Source of the DNA: Raillietiella orientalis
Taxonomy: Eukaryota
DNA length: 64,000 bases
Direction of reading: 5' to 3'
NCBI GenBank assembly: GCA_036172245.1
Contig: JAYWIR010000002.1
Location: 4,030,001 to 4,094,000 of the forward strand
The notes under the pieces are model-generated. The model did not search any database and was not told where the DNA came from. It was given only the letters and a program-made list of their open reading frames with translations. Position numbers and translations under genes: made by a program. Of this stretch, positions 1 to 13,500 are shown piece after piece. Numbering within the stretch: the first letter of the stretch is position 1; every line of letters starts with the position of its first letter.

Positions 1-1807
1 ATACAATTGATAACTTCAAATACATTTCAAGTATTAGGTGTTTAGAACTTTTCAAATTATTTATTAGAAGTAGTATTTCTAAACTGGTTCATCCATTTTG
101 AAATGATCACAAAGGAAAAAGCAAAACATCTAATCCAAGAAACTGCAGTAATCGAATCCTCTATCTGAAATACTGACATTGTATGTGTAGAATACTGGAA
201 AATCAAAAAAAAAAGAAACATTAAATGCAGTTAATCTATTACAACTTCTTTATGCTGGTATAGCAATCGTGAAATAACTTCTGCATTTTACAATGTTAAT
301 TTGATTTACTATTGAAACGTTCCCCATAACAAAATTAATGAGTACAAAATACAGTTGTTAGTAATGTTTTATTTCACATCTTTTGTAAAGATATATAACA
401 AAAATAAAATGTTACCTCTGTAAAGAAAATCCGCGTTAATTTTATATTTATTTATACCTTTCTTATTATTGGAAAAGAAGTGCAGGATGACATTTGAAAA
501 TGACTATCTTCTAAGCTGGTTTTTGGTGAATATAAGAGCATTTTTGTTTATAGTGATATAAGGAGTCGTTCTTATAATCACTCTAATTTTGCATCAAGGT
601 AAAGTGAATTTTGTAATCGCAACTAGGTAGACCTAAAATGCAGATAATGTTGAAAATCATTACATAGAGTGGTCAGCAAGCAAAGAGTGCAGTGCAAATT
701 TCCTGGGTGATGAAAAACTTCCTGAGATAAAATTTCCAACCGATAGAAATCATCAGTTCAATAATACAGGTGAAATAAAATCACTTAGGTGAAGACATTC
801 TACTTCGGATTGATGGGTCTGAATGTCAGTAGATAATCAGTTCTATGAATACACCGTAGAATTATCGGTGCACTTCACGTGAGCCATTCATTTCTGCATT
901 AGAATAAGTATCATTGGAGTGCTGTCGAGAACATTCCATTCAAACCTCAGATAGTAAGTGCAGTAAGTCTCCTATATTGTTGTGGGAAATTTAAGTTATG
1001 CTGTCGTGAAAAATACTATCGCTAAAATCAAGTAGTGCTGCACAGCGGCTAGAAATGCTATGGCTAAGGAACGGATTGTGAAGTTTGCCGTCGTGGTTTT
1101 TACAGCTGGATGGGTAACGTCATGTGCTTTCTGAGAATGGCTTGTGTTCACTTAAACCTTTGAAATCGACAGGCGGAATTGGGACGTGCATTATGTGTAA
1201 GCCAGTGTTAGCTATTAAGAACTGAAACTGATGTAAGCATTTGTTAGTCTTTGCTTTCGTTAATGAGTTGCAAATTCACCCGGTGATACCTTCATGTTCA
1301 TCTTCTAATAATTTTATGGCACATTAGCAGGGTTTGGAAAAATGCATGCATGTTCACCAGTGCACGCTGCAGCAGGTAGTAACAGCTGGTGGGGTGAATT
1401 TATGTGGCTTGAGCATCGTAAAGTGTACATCCCATACGAATGTATCATGTGCACATGTATAAACAAATTTATAAATTAGAACCCAATGGCATATTTTTGA
1501 GCAGCAGTGGGCAGTTTCCTGGATCCTTTATTTCGAGCAGGTTTATGCTACACAGCCACAATAGTAAACTGGTGCCCCCGACACTGAGAAAGGTGTTGCG
1601 ACTGGGTGTCTCTTGAGCTCATAAAACTAATTTTTTCCATTCATAAAGTCCAGTTGTCCCCAGTCCGATAAGCGGAGGGGTATTCGTTAAGTCCAAAGTC
1701 ATTCTCTGAGGTTCTGGGTTTATATTCTTGAGTTGACGAATTAAGGGCATGTTCAAAGATGTTCAGTTTCGTGAGATTTTTACTCTTGCACTCTTTCATA
1801 ATTGACT

Positions 1808-1813
1808 TTTATT
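1808..1813 (-). terminator. Candidate poly(A) signal of the cyclin L gene
   Basis: AATAAA on the minus strand about 340 nt downstream of the stop codon; not verified. Confidence 0.35.
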
Positions 1814-2151
1814 GATGCAGTTGTGTACTGAATTACTGTTTCAGCTGCAAAATACTTTGCAAGGTAACTGCTACATCTGGTCCCCTATTGCACTTCAGCA
1901 ATGAAAATTTGCCCAGTGATAAAGTTATTAACTAAAGGTGATAGGAGACATGGCAACATTTATATTTTCTTATATGTTCACCTTAAGAATACTTTCAACT
2001 AATAAGAATTGTGGTCATAATGATGCTTCAACAAAAATTCCCATAGTGAATACCATCAAATTCCAACTGGTCTCTTGAGATAATTACAGCATACTCTTTA
2101 TCAAGGTTGATTGCAAAATAGAATTGGGAATGGTCCATTTGTGAAAACGAG

Positions 2152-5100
2152 TCACTTTCGTTTCTCTCGGGAATGGGATCGTTTGGAAGAACCTTTATGC
2201 TTGTGCATTTTATGGGACCTACTGTGATCTAAGGATCGTGAATGTGATCGGGACTTATGTCTGGATTTGACTTTGCTGCTGCTATGATGATTGTCAACTA
2301 GATTTCTACCGTGTGATGACAGCACTGTTCTCATTTTTTTTGTTTTAGGAGAAGGGGAAGACGTACGACTTCTTCTCTTCTTTTTCCGATGTTTTTTCTC
2401 CTTGTGATTAGTTTCTGGACTAACTGACCTTGACTTGGATCTTGATCTAGATCTAAAAACAATTTCAAGGGATGCTTCTAACAGAACGCACCTGGAATTC
2501 ACTCGTTTTCTCTCCTTTCGATTTTGATTAGACCTTGATATGGGCGAAGGAGAATGTGATGCTGATTCATCTAGTTGACTGGAGGACTCAGCACTTCCAG
2601 GACTATTTTTTCTAAAATCCGATAATTATACCGCACAATTTATAGATCATCCTACTTGGCAGAAAGACTTTTATCCTCCTTGTCTCGTTTGGCAATCACA
2701 TGATTAGGGCTGTTTTTTAGTGGAGTATCTGGACTGAAGCCTTCAGGAGCAACTGGTATAGGAGTTCCTGACCCTGACAAAGCTTTTGCTCGTAGTTTAG
2801 CTTCCTGTTGCATTTTGCGCAGGCTCTCTACAACTTTCTCAATGCGTTCCAAGTCAGGCTACATATCAGTACAGAGAAATATCAAGAAAAACAAACAAGT
2901 ACTTACTTTTCCGCGACGATAGGCACGCATCAATGTTAAACATATTTCTTGAATGTCCTTCTCTCGAGCACTGAATACTTCAAACCAATGTGGCTTGCTG
3001 GGAAGAGGTATCCGCAAAAACCGGGCAGCAAGGTAGATGCAAGCACTGGCTATGGTTTCTGGTTGAAAGCGGACAAACACATCTGTGCGGAGAGCATCAT
3101 TCATGTTGTTCCTAGAGAAGAAAGAGGGTTGCAGGGAGAGGGAGAGGCTAAAAGGATAACAGGAGGGAGGGAGAGGCACAGTGAAATCAAAGAACCTCCA
3201 AAAACTAAGGATCCTTCCTGGTGACTTGGGTGGATGCTGAATGAAGGCCTGTAGATGACCAGGTTTTCGCACAACGGCTTTGTGCTTGAATTCTACACAA
3301 TAATGTACATGGTATCCCTTCCACATAAATCCCAACCAAGGGTGCAGTCCCTGCACGGTGTGCATACCTATCCCACCCTGCAGCTGCCAGCTAAAGAATT
3401 GGTATTACCTAAGCAACATAATTCAAGAAGTCTTCATAATCAGGAATGCCACTCCGTTCATCCTGTGTCATCCTATACATCACAAGATACATAATCTAAG
3501 TTACTGTCCAAGAGAAACAAGCAGGTCTTACCTAGCCATTCATCCCTCCATGATTAAAGGATGCTGGATTGGCCCAGTTCTGGATGGATGGCTACTTCAT
3601 CTCTGAAGAAGATGCACAGTTTAATGGAGTGCAAACAGACTAGGAATACCCTTAAGGGTGGTCTACTCATATACTAAACTGGCAGCCGTGAGAGCCGAAA
3701 AATTCCCACCCAATATCACCGCCGTGCAAGGACTGCAGTCCCCAAGAACTATAGATTCAAGAAACACTCATGCCTTGGTTGTGTCCTTCATGTCAGTCTT
3801 GTGAGGGTGAGCAAAAGGCCTTCTTGGCTCACCTACTTACCCAAGTTGCAAGGCCCTCCCAGAACTAAAGGCTGTTAGGTAGAAATCAAAAAATATAAAT
3901 TAATGACTGCTTTCAGACTGGCTACTTGTATGCATACAATGCTGAGGCCTTAAGACCACAGCCAAGAACCTCTTTCTGGTCATGCCTAGGGCAGTACTAT
4001 TGCAAAAGCAAATTCTCTGCTCCCAGCTACTTTACAGAAGAAAATTGTTTTTAAAGTACTGCATCCCAGGAAAGACCCTTATTTTTAAAGGTTGTTATAA
4101 TAAAACCAATTTACACACAATTAAACAAACATTAAGAGGTTTCTAAGAAATAAAATTCGAAATAAGAATACCTACCATGCAGACTGGACAAATCGATTAT
4201 TCTTTTCTTGTTCCAGAACTTGCATGTACATGACAATGATCTGAAAACAATAGATACATTACTATCATACAATTTATGTGAATCATGGATGAACAGAATG
4301 AAAATAGCAGAAATTACTTACTTTATGAGGATGTTTGACATGCACACAAAAACCTAATTCTTTCAACACTCTTCTTTCTGCCTTAATTATTTGATTTTTT
4401 AATGTGACATAATTATAATCTAATATCACAGGCGTTATAGTTCTAGAAAAAATAAGAGATTATATAACTTAAGTTCAAAACAAAGCAACTTCAACATGAA
4501 CCCCATAAAATGTGAAAAGACAAATGTGGAAATGACAAATACCTCCCAGCTTTGACTTGTTTGATGTGATGAACTACATTGACAACATCCCTTATTCTAC
4601 GGGGAGCTTCTTCAATTTTGGATGCAAGGTATATGCAGGCCATGGCAAAAATTTCCATTGGATGATTAATAAATGATTTACAATAATAAAATCTCTGAAA
4701 CAATATCTGACCAGTAGCCATTGCAACCTAAAACAATACATGATGTACAAGAAATCTTTAAATATAGAATTAATCTACTTTAAAACTCTATTTTGAAACT
4801 GCCCTTTAAGGCCACAAAATCAATGTGCCTACACTGTGAAAAGTATGCATTACTGCTTCAACAAGTCAGACTGTAAAGTACAATTCAATAGCACACAGCA
4901 AATAAACTAGATATGAACTTTCATGCAGAACAGCAAATTTTATTTCAAAGAATTGAGCTTATGAAACATATATCGCTGTATGAATGAAGCAAGTGTGCAT
5001 TGTTAACAGGCAAAGAAATCCGCACATACAATAACATTTGCCCTATAAACCTTATGTCATTAAGTTTCCATTGCTCAACTCAACTTGTAATGCTTGTAAT

Positions 5101-6344
5101 TAACTAATAAAATCATGAAAAACCACTACATGTACACAAAAGAAATATTCAGAGAGGTTTTGAAATTCCCAATGCCAATAAGTACACGCACATCTACGGA
5201 AAGTTGTGATCGTAATCGAAATTTGCTGATTAATTGACCTGCTTTCTTAAGAAACCTCGCTACACTTTTCGCAATGCGCATTCTTCGTAAAAGGCTTTGT
5301 TTGCTTCAAAAACACAAACACCATGATCAGTAACTTTTAAGTTTTACAAGAAATGATTAAGAAATTCGAAAAGCAGCCACAGGATCAAGTATTAAAATCA
5401 ATTTCTAACAACTTACTAGAGATAACTGTAGGCTGCTTACGGCAAGTGGGATAAATCTTCGAAATGGAGAATAATTCATATATCTCATATGAATATAATA
5501 CTTTAATATTAAGCAGTATTACCTCAAAACGCGACAGCATAAATTAAAAAAGATTAATGTTTACTTCACTTTTGAGGCAGAGAAAAAAATATGAAAAGAT
5601 GGGGAAGAAGAAAATAACTGAGGAAGGCTCTCCACAACCCCTCGCAAACAAGCTATGCAATTGCACACAACGAACAATAAAGTTTCTAGCATCTAGCTGT
5701 CACTTAAACCTAATGATAACAGAAACTTTACAAAATGCGATCGTTGCACAAAATACTTGATTTATTAGTCTGGTTACTTATTACAAGCGCATAAGAAAAC
5801 TTTTTTCTTCATCCAAATGATTCCAAATGATTTACTACATTACAGGCTTAAAACAATCGCACAGGTCTATTACTTTCAATTTCATAAAATAACCAACACT
5901 TCCAATAATCAACGAGGTATTCATATACAATACTTAATTATTATAATCTTCTTTGCCATTCTTAATTAAAAATTATTTAAGACCTCTCTGCACAAAACAT
6001 TTACATTTCTCAGTACCAATACATGCTACTGTAAAAACATTATGGAAAACAATAGGTAAGGTAAAAACTAAGCATGACTGACTTACTTGTGGTAATTTCA
6101 ACAGAATACCAGCCGTCTGAATTAATTCACAGCCATAAAATCTGAGTTCAGTTTCTAGTTCCTTATCCAATCCTTCAGCACCTGATGGTGTGGGATGTAG
6201 TCTTTCTTCCGGTAACAAAACATTCTCAAGATTAATTACAACTTTGCCATACAAAGACTGTTTTGCAGTAGTAGTAGGAACACTTTTTTCCCCCTCTTGG
6301 GAAGCTATACTAGTCATGATTTGTGGAACATCAAAATGACCCAT
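2152..6344 (-). CDS. CCNL1: Cyclin L (CCNL1/CCNL2-like): N-terminal cyclin boxes plus C-terminal RS-rich domain, about 485 aa
   Basis: Exons assembled by hand with GT-AG sites and consistent phases: 6344-6087, 4727-4543, 4442-4322, 4240-4176, 3111-2907, 2858-2656, 2611-2492, 2452-2152. Diagnostic peptides: [110 protein letters not shown], then an RS/KH-rich tail ending in TGA. The start could instead be the ATG at 6318. The symbol denotes the cyclin L family. Confidence 0.95.
3841..3871 (-). other. Candidate alternative (poison) cassette exon in cyclin L intron 4
   Basis: Minus strand reads tttatattttttgatttctacctaacag|CCTTTAGTTCTGGGAGGGCCTTGCAACTTGG|gtaagtaggtgag. Inclusion after the phase-2 TG gives TGC CTT TAG (stop). 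Confidence 0.6.
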
Positions 6345-6732
6345 AAATCATCGACTATAAACGTTTTACAACGTTGGTACATCACATACTACAAACTGAT
6401 ATGGCGGACGAAGCTTGCTGAAATCGAGTTACCAAGTTCAATTTTTGAAAATTTTCAAATTGACATTAAATTATGAATACGATCCAATAATGTTGACAAG
6501 TTTTTGAAACTGATGCATCAGAATGAATACTAAATACATTTTCCTTTGGATTTTTGTATGAATCTTTTAATCTAATTTTAATGATTTGGAGGAGCATTTC
6601 TTTAAAAAATCCAAAAAATCCACTTGATTCAAGAATGATGTTTTTTCAAGATGGAGATGATTATAAGGTGATAAAAATATCAAAAAAGCATGATGTATCA
6701 TATACATACGTACACACATATACATATATATA

Positions 6733-6819
6733 TTGTTTGCTTGTATAATCCATATTTGTATCATCATATATATATTTGATGTCAGTGTTTATAAACATGG
6801 ATTATACAAACAAAAACAA
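6733..6819. repeat. Imperfect inverted repeat (hairpin) upstream of cyclin L
   Basis: ttgtttgcttgtataatccatatttgta ... tataaacatggattatacaaacaaaaacaa: about 19-bp core stem with two G-T pairs. Confidence 0.6.
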
Positions 6820-8495
6820 GAATGAAAATATAATCTAAAGTACTTTCGAGAGCAAGTTGTCTTGAGTCAACAAATCCACGAAACATTTTATAAGCTTTAC
6901 GTAAAGTCACTATAGTGCTGGATTATTTGTTCCTATTTAATGACTTTCAGTATCATTTCTAAACCGAGTCTTATGGATTTGGAATGGTGGAATGCAACAG
7001 TAATTAATATGATGTTAAGATATATCTTCTTTTAAACCCTATAAAATACAGTATCCGAAAGAAATGAAGATGATTGCCGTTAATTAAGAACCAAGATGGA
7101 ATGTTCATATTCTCTTGTACTTGAATGCTCATGAAACCTGAGTTTTCGAATTCAGATGATAAAGTTCAAGTTGAGTTCAGAAAAACAAGTGAAGCAAGAA
7201 TCAAATAGCAAAAAAAAAAACAGTCAAAATAATCTGGAATTCATTTTCTGTATTCAGCTTTATAGTTTTGCATTGGCTCCAAAATCTCCCACTGAACTGA
7301 AATCGTTTTTTGTTTCCATGAAAAGGCATGCAGACCGTATTCATATTTTTTTTAAAAAAAAAAGTTGCAAATAAAAATGACTCTGCTTGCAGTTTAAAAT
7401 AGCTTTTTAAAATAAGATGGACAGCAGAACAGTTTGATAATGAGATATTCTCCTGCCGAATTACTAAAACTGTTGTGTACTATTGAGATTACGAGAAAAT
7501 TTTCTTAATAGGCGATTATGTTTTGTGAAACAGCAAAGAACGAATACGAAGATTGAACCAATGTTGTCGTTGTTACATCAAATCACCAATGTAAATATGA
7601 TTTGTGTAATATATATAATATTTTGAACGGAGTTTCACCTTTTTTTTTAACTTACAATTCTTTGATTATGCTCATTACTCTCGAGTATAGAATCCTAAAC
7701 TAGAGTTGGAACCAGAGTCCTAAACTGGATCTTGAACTAGCCTTTTAATGTTTGCAAGTAAAACTGCAGTGACATTAACATTCAGAAAATTATGAAATAA
7801 CGAAGAACTAAATCAAATGAATGAAAATAATGAAAATAATTATTTCTGTAAAGAACAAGCTGCGCCCATAATTAATAGGGTATTCGAATTTGCGGCGCAG
7901 ATTTACAAAACAACAGTGAGCACGTGGGGAGTAATAACCAGGAAGGCACAACAGCAGCAGTTCTCTAATTAAACGAAACAAAATATGAACTGATCGAATC
8001 TCGGTTATCGAACCGAGAAATGCTTTGATAACAGCTATAGAAATTCGTTGGTAAAGATCTCTTATTTTAAACAATGAACGTAGTCATCATCGACAAAAAA
8101 TATTGCAAGAAAAGAAAATTCATTTAAAAGAAAACATTGAAGTAATCGAGTATATGATCTACAATTTAAAGTGAATAGCAATATGAACGGAACACGTGAT
8201 CAGACATTTTTGAATTACCTTTGAAGATTTTCCAATGCTGTGCAAACGTTTGGAGAACTTCCTTTTAGCAATTGTAGTTTGTTTAATGAAATGTAAGTAA
8301 TGTTTATAATATGAATTCGAAAGACAAAACCATGATTGGAAAAAGAAAAGAAAAGAAAGAAGAAAAAAACTCCTCCGAGAAGGACAACTGCTACAGTGCA
8401 GCGCACGAAAGTCGTACTTGTCATTAAAGCAGAAGAGGAACATTTGACCCCATTAGTGCATCATTATCTCTGTTCAATCCTGTCCAAATAGGGGA

Positions 8496-9100
8496 TCATA
8501 ATGGTTTCAAGTACAAATTATGGTAATTTAGAAGAACGAACTCGTTTCGCTCTATGAAGATCGCAGGGAAGGGAAAAAAGGTCACGGGAAATGTCAAGGC
8601 TTCCAGAAAGGAAAGCGATTCCTGAGAATTCTCGAAAAATGTGGTCGCTGTTAAGTCGGACACGAAGAAGCGATCGAGCTTATTGGGTGAAAAGCCGAGA
8701 ACTCGCAGGTGCTTTGGATTATTCTGCTTTGTATATCGCAGTCTCTTCATCCACAAATCTTGGACTTTGCCTTTCTTGGGATTCCGTTCCTCTCCTCTCT
8801 GTTCAGCTTTCCCGGGTCGGTCTCCTCTTGCAGAGGAAGCGTCGAACTCCTGCATCAGGGAACGGCGTCAATGGCGTCCTGCGTGGAACTTCACCAAAGG
8901 AACGGTTCCCCTGTCGGATGAGTTGCTCCAGTCCGGTTAGAGGAAAGCAGGACGGAAATTCTCATCACCAGAGAATCCATCCTGGACGACGTCCTCCTGA
9001 AACCACAGGGAGTCTATGGAGCATTGTAGGTTGAAGTGCACCTGGAAACGTCTCCGGAAAGGTCGAGTGGACCCAGCTGGAAACCTTGGCAGCAGCACAC
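8496..9100 (-). mobile_element. Decayed non-LTR retrotransposon AP-endonuclease fragment (L1/Tx1-like)
   Basis: Translation has ...VQDLW...KLDRFFVSD, resembling the L.D.W and SRIDY/RLDRF motifs of APE domains. It starts an abrupt GC-rich island (about 8550-13300) between the host genes. Confidence 0.55.
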
Positions 9101-9799
9101 CCGCCACGGAGATGGGGACTTTCTTCTCTCACCTTCCGGTGGTTCCGCTGCCGATGTCTCTCCTGTGGGCTCCCCGAGGGTGGCGCGCGCGCCTCATCAC
9201 TTCTCGGTTCGAAACCTCAACCGAGGGTTCACCGTCGTAACCTCCTTGCCGCCACCACTCCCGGAGTCACAGTAGGGATAGGGTGGGGGGATGAGGTCCT
9301 CAGAGCTGCACACAACTGACAGCTTTGCAAGATGCTGGAGAGTGAATGTCCTCTTGCTCCTGGAAACCGAGAGCAGGGGAGGGGGGGGGCACGCATGATG
9401 GACAGCCGGTAGCCTTGACGCCGTCCGTACTGTCGCCTGGGGACTCTCGTCGAGCGCTGCCCTATTAAGAGATGGAAGAAGCTTCATCTCCTCCAGGGAA
9501 CAGCGTGCCTGAGTGCAGGTTGCCGGTTCGTCTCGATCCAGCCCCTCTCCCTTCTGGTTTCCTGTCACCCATGACCGACCTCGTCGTCCACGATTGAACG
9601 CCCGCTGGCAGATTAGCGACTAGCTGCATGCCTTTTCGGAGTAGACCGCGGGAGAGAGCACCGTGGACGTGATGGGCTCCTCCAGGAGTCCATCGGTGGA
9701 GTGCTGATGGCCGGCAGCGGCAGTTACCCGCGGTTCCCGAGCGTGGCTGAGGAAAATGAGGGAGGGTGCGACGGCCCCCTCACATCGTGAGGGAAGAGG

Positions 9800-10520
9800 G
9801 TGCTCTGGAGGCGAGAGGGGTGTCGTGTGGTTGCTGGGGTCAAAATCGAAGCTCCCAAGAACCATCCGCTTTGCAGCAGCTCGGACCACCACCTCCTGCG
9901 CGGTAGCAGAGCTCTTCAAGGTTCGGTGAGCCTTCGCTCGCTGTTGATGCTCGCGGCGGCGGCAAAGATCAACAGTGGGGTAAGAAGGGGATGCCCCAGA
10001 TGGGGGAGGGGAGGAACTCCGGAACCTCCCCCTATTTTTCTCTCTCTCTCTCCTCTTGGTCGGAGTCTCCGCTTCTCCGAACCCCCACGGTCTCAGCATT
10101 CTTTGCTTCCGGTGCGGAATTTTTGGTGCCAGAATCTTTCGGAGCCGTCGCAGCCTCCCACCGCGCACACCACGGTGCGGAGACCGCCTGGTCGGACACT
10201 GCCCTCCCTCGAGGACTTTTCCGGGAAGGATTCGGAGCAGTCACGAATTCCCGGTTTAGAAGAACAGAGCGCGGTCGGCACCCGCTCTGGCTTCGTGCTA
10301 TGGGCTGGACCGACCCTCTCGCTGATGCACCGTCCCGTCCTCGTGCACTACACGGGTGCAGGGGGCACGCCCTGTCGACTTCTGATGGGAGCCCACTGGT
10401 CGTGGTCCAGAGTGTGCCCTCTTCTGACGAGAAGGCAAGGTGGTTCGGTTCCAGCAGAGGACGGTTTCTCCGATGCGCTTCGAGCAGGCGCGGCCCGGAA
10501 GATAGAATCGCATTGAGCAC
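9800..10520 (+). mobile_element. Decayed Tx1/L1-like ORF1 fragment (zinc-knuckle region)
   Basis: VLVHYTGAGGTPCRLLMGAHWSWSRVCP resembles the V.Y.GQP..C..C...GH....CP pattern of Tx1-type ORF1. Confidence 0.4.
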
Positions 10521-13500
10521 CACCTTCTTGGCGGACCACCTCGCTGATCTCTTAGCCGCCAAGCCTTCCCTGAGTGGCGGCCCTCGCCTCCGATCTTGGC
10601 ATGTCCCGAGGGAAGCTCGCGGGACATCGTGAACGCGCCAAGCCCGGGATGAAGGTGGCAGATTCCTGGTGACCCAGGGATCAACGACCAGGGAAGGCAG
10701 CCGGTCTCGGTGCTAGACCGTACAGATGAGTGCTCTAGAGAGCCACCAGATGGAACCGCGTCGCAGGTGTGCCTCTCCTCGTCGATCTTTGAGCCTCTCC
10801 TGCTGTCCTATGGTGAAGCTTCCGTCTCCACCCGGGGACGATGACAGCTCTCCTTCGCCGACGATCCTGGAGAGCGAAACCGCGGTGACCTTTGAGGACT
10901 GGGGGAGGTGCAGGCGTCTCCGAGGATCGGTGTGCCGTTGTCGAGGAGATTCTCCCCTCTGGTGCATTCCGACCCCGTGTTTACAGGCAGCTCCGGAAAA
11001 TAATCGTGCGGCCACGTCTGCGGGAGTCGCCGATGACGTCATCTCGTCCGAGTTTTCGATTCTGATGACGTCCAGCACATCCACCAGAAACTTGGTCCGG
11101 GTGGCCCCAAATGTGGTTGCATACCTGGAAGCGCACAGAGTCCCGCGTCCGGCCATGCGTTTGGACAGTCTCCGAATGTGGGATTATGTGTGACGCAAGA
11201 TGGGCCTGGAAATCACATGTGCTGCTGCTGTGCCAGATAACGGCATCGCCCTCTTGAATTCGGGGTGGAGGTGCTCGAGATGAGTGCGGGAACGCCCTGA
11301 GGTTAAGAAAGGGGGCATGAAGGTGCAGGGACCATCCCTCTCAGGTAGATGTAGCTCTGCAGCTGTTCCCTGCTCGGGATCCGCTGGGGACTCCTCCATT
11401 ACCGCCTCTTAGAAGACTAATCCAGACAGGATGCCTATGGAGATCAAGAGGGAGGGGAATCCTCTATGTTCTTCCCTCCATTCGTCTTCTCCTCTCTTCG
11501 GCTCAGAGTAGATTCCCCGGTTTCTGCTCTGCCCCGTTGGCTATCCCCCTCTCGCCCCGACCGAAACGCTAAGGAGAGTGGGTAGCGACTCCTCGGGTAC
11601 CGGAAGGAGGATGCAGAGATACAGTGGGCGCTTGCAGTCTCTCTGTGGGAACGAACAAACGGAGGAAGAGGCAGAGATTCTTGAGCGGCCTCAGCAGCAG
11701 TCACCGTGAGCGACGCCCTCTCTTCGTATGGCAGTCCCTCGCCTTTCCCTATGTCGCCCTCATCGTCCCCTGCGGAGCATGAAGGAGCTCCAGGTAAAAA
11801 AGAAGGTCCCCCCGACCGTTTCCATGATCGCGCTGTCCACTTCACAGGCCTCGGAAGAGCAGGAGAGGCGTCTCCCTTCTCGCTTTCCCACAAAATGCCG
11901 AGGTCCTACCGCAATGATCGTCGCACGGTGGGCGGGAGGGCGGACCGAAGTCGAGGTTCGAACGGGAGAGTTTTTTGCGAGGCGTCAGAAAGAACAAAGT
12001 GGGAAAGGCACGCAAGAATCTTTCCGCCGTGGAACGGTTTCTCGCAGATCACTGACGCATCTGGCTTAAGGGCACGCCTAGATGAGAGGGGGCAGTGGTG
12101 GACCCCCTGCGCGCTCCCTCGCAGTGGAAGGAAGTAAAAGCAATGCGCCTTAGAGGTTCTCCTGAGAAGGACTACTGGTAGTGGTGCCTCTTTGACTACC
12201 ATTTTTCCAGCTCGCTTTCCTCCGTCGTCCCCTAGGGCACGAAAGGCGCTCGGAGTTCTTAGGGGACTTCTCTGCGTCTCTAAGGAAACAGCTTCTTTTC
12301 TCCATGGGTAACAATGGGGCTTTGATATTTCACTACGTGCGAAGCGCGCGCAAGAACGCAATCTCGCAGCCCGCTTTCGATCTCAGGATGCCTACCTGTT
12401 GACTCATTCCCGAGGGAAGTTCTCCTTTCCCATGAGGCGGAAGTCTCCATCCTCCTGCTTTTCCCTCTCCTTGAAAAAAAAAAAAAAGCCAGGAATTCCT
12501 TCCTCTCACTCCTCAATCCAGATGTGAAGCATTTGGCATCCCTGCCGAGGCAGGTGAGCGAGGGAATGCGCCTGCAAAATGCGGACGTGCAAAGCGCAAT
12601 ATGGCAGCTGCATAACGTACGGTGCCCCATCAATACCCTGATTCGGTTTCCTCCATCAAGATGTTCCTGAAACCCTGCTCACACGATGAGAGCAACATGG
12701 CCAGTGCCCTCAAAAATGAATTGGGAACAAATGCCTTCTTCCGTCAAGATTGTCAGTCTCCACAGATACCTCCATCCAACGCATTCCTCTGAAGTAGCGC
12801 TCCTGCTTCTCCGAAAGCCTTGCAGTTCGGGCAATGAAAGCAGATACGTTCCGATCGGATGGACGTTGGCCAGGAAACTTCAGTGTGAGGCTTTCGACTT
12901 GCATGAACGAGGAGGCACAGGGGGAGGGATGATGTCTCATCCTGAAGCGCACCTGCGCTTGCACCTACCTTCGAGAACGAAATTGCGGACCGAGTTCTCG
13001 AAAGAGCGACATCTCCACTTACACAGAAGAAACCAACGCATTCACTCGGCATTCCTAATCTCACATATCGCAATCTGATCCAACGGGAACGATGCATTCC
13101 ATCATATCATCCCCAACTGCTTTATCCAGACGTAGTTTGTACACTTCAAGGAATTCACATACGGAGCGGCGAAACCTACCCCTAGACCTGGTGTCCATTC
13201 TGTTTCATTCTATTTCCAATTGTGTGACTGAACATCTGAATTCCAGAGAATTCGCCTTGTTCTTCCACGATTTCCAAAAAACCGAATCCCGCATCACTTA
13301 CTAGTTACCTCTATGTACCTACAGGCAGAGATGCCAAATGCTTTTCCAGTTTCCATGCAATTCCTAGTGTAACATCAGATATGAGCTGACCTGCAATTGG
13401 CAAAACTTTACAAGCAGCATCACATAGCATATGTATAGTATAAAGTTGTTGTACTGTCATTTTGCTCATGAAAATTACCATCTAAAGTCATAACAGCAAT

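Noticed and set aside
1-1800. Possible additional gene at the left edge
   Set aside because: No long ORF or recognisable peptide; treated as 3' flank or intergenic sequence.
2949-3606. Plus-strand ORFs antisense to cyclin L
   Set aside because: Shadow ORFs of the exon and intron with no independent coding signal.
12529-13341. TIR-like pair gcatttggcatccctg / cagagatgccaaatgc
   Set aside because: They resemble hAT-type termini but face outward, so they cannot bound one element; partner ends and TSDs were not found.
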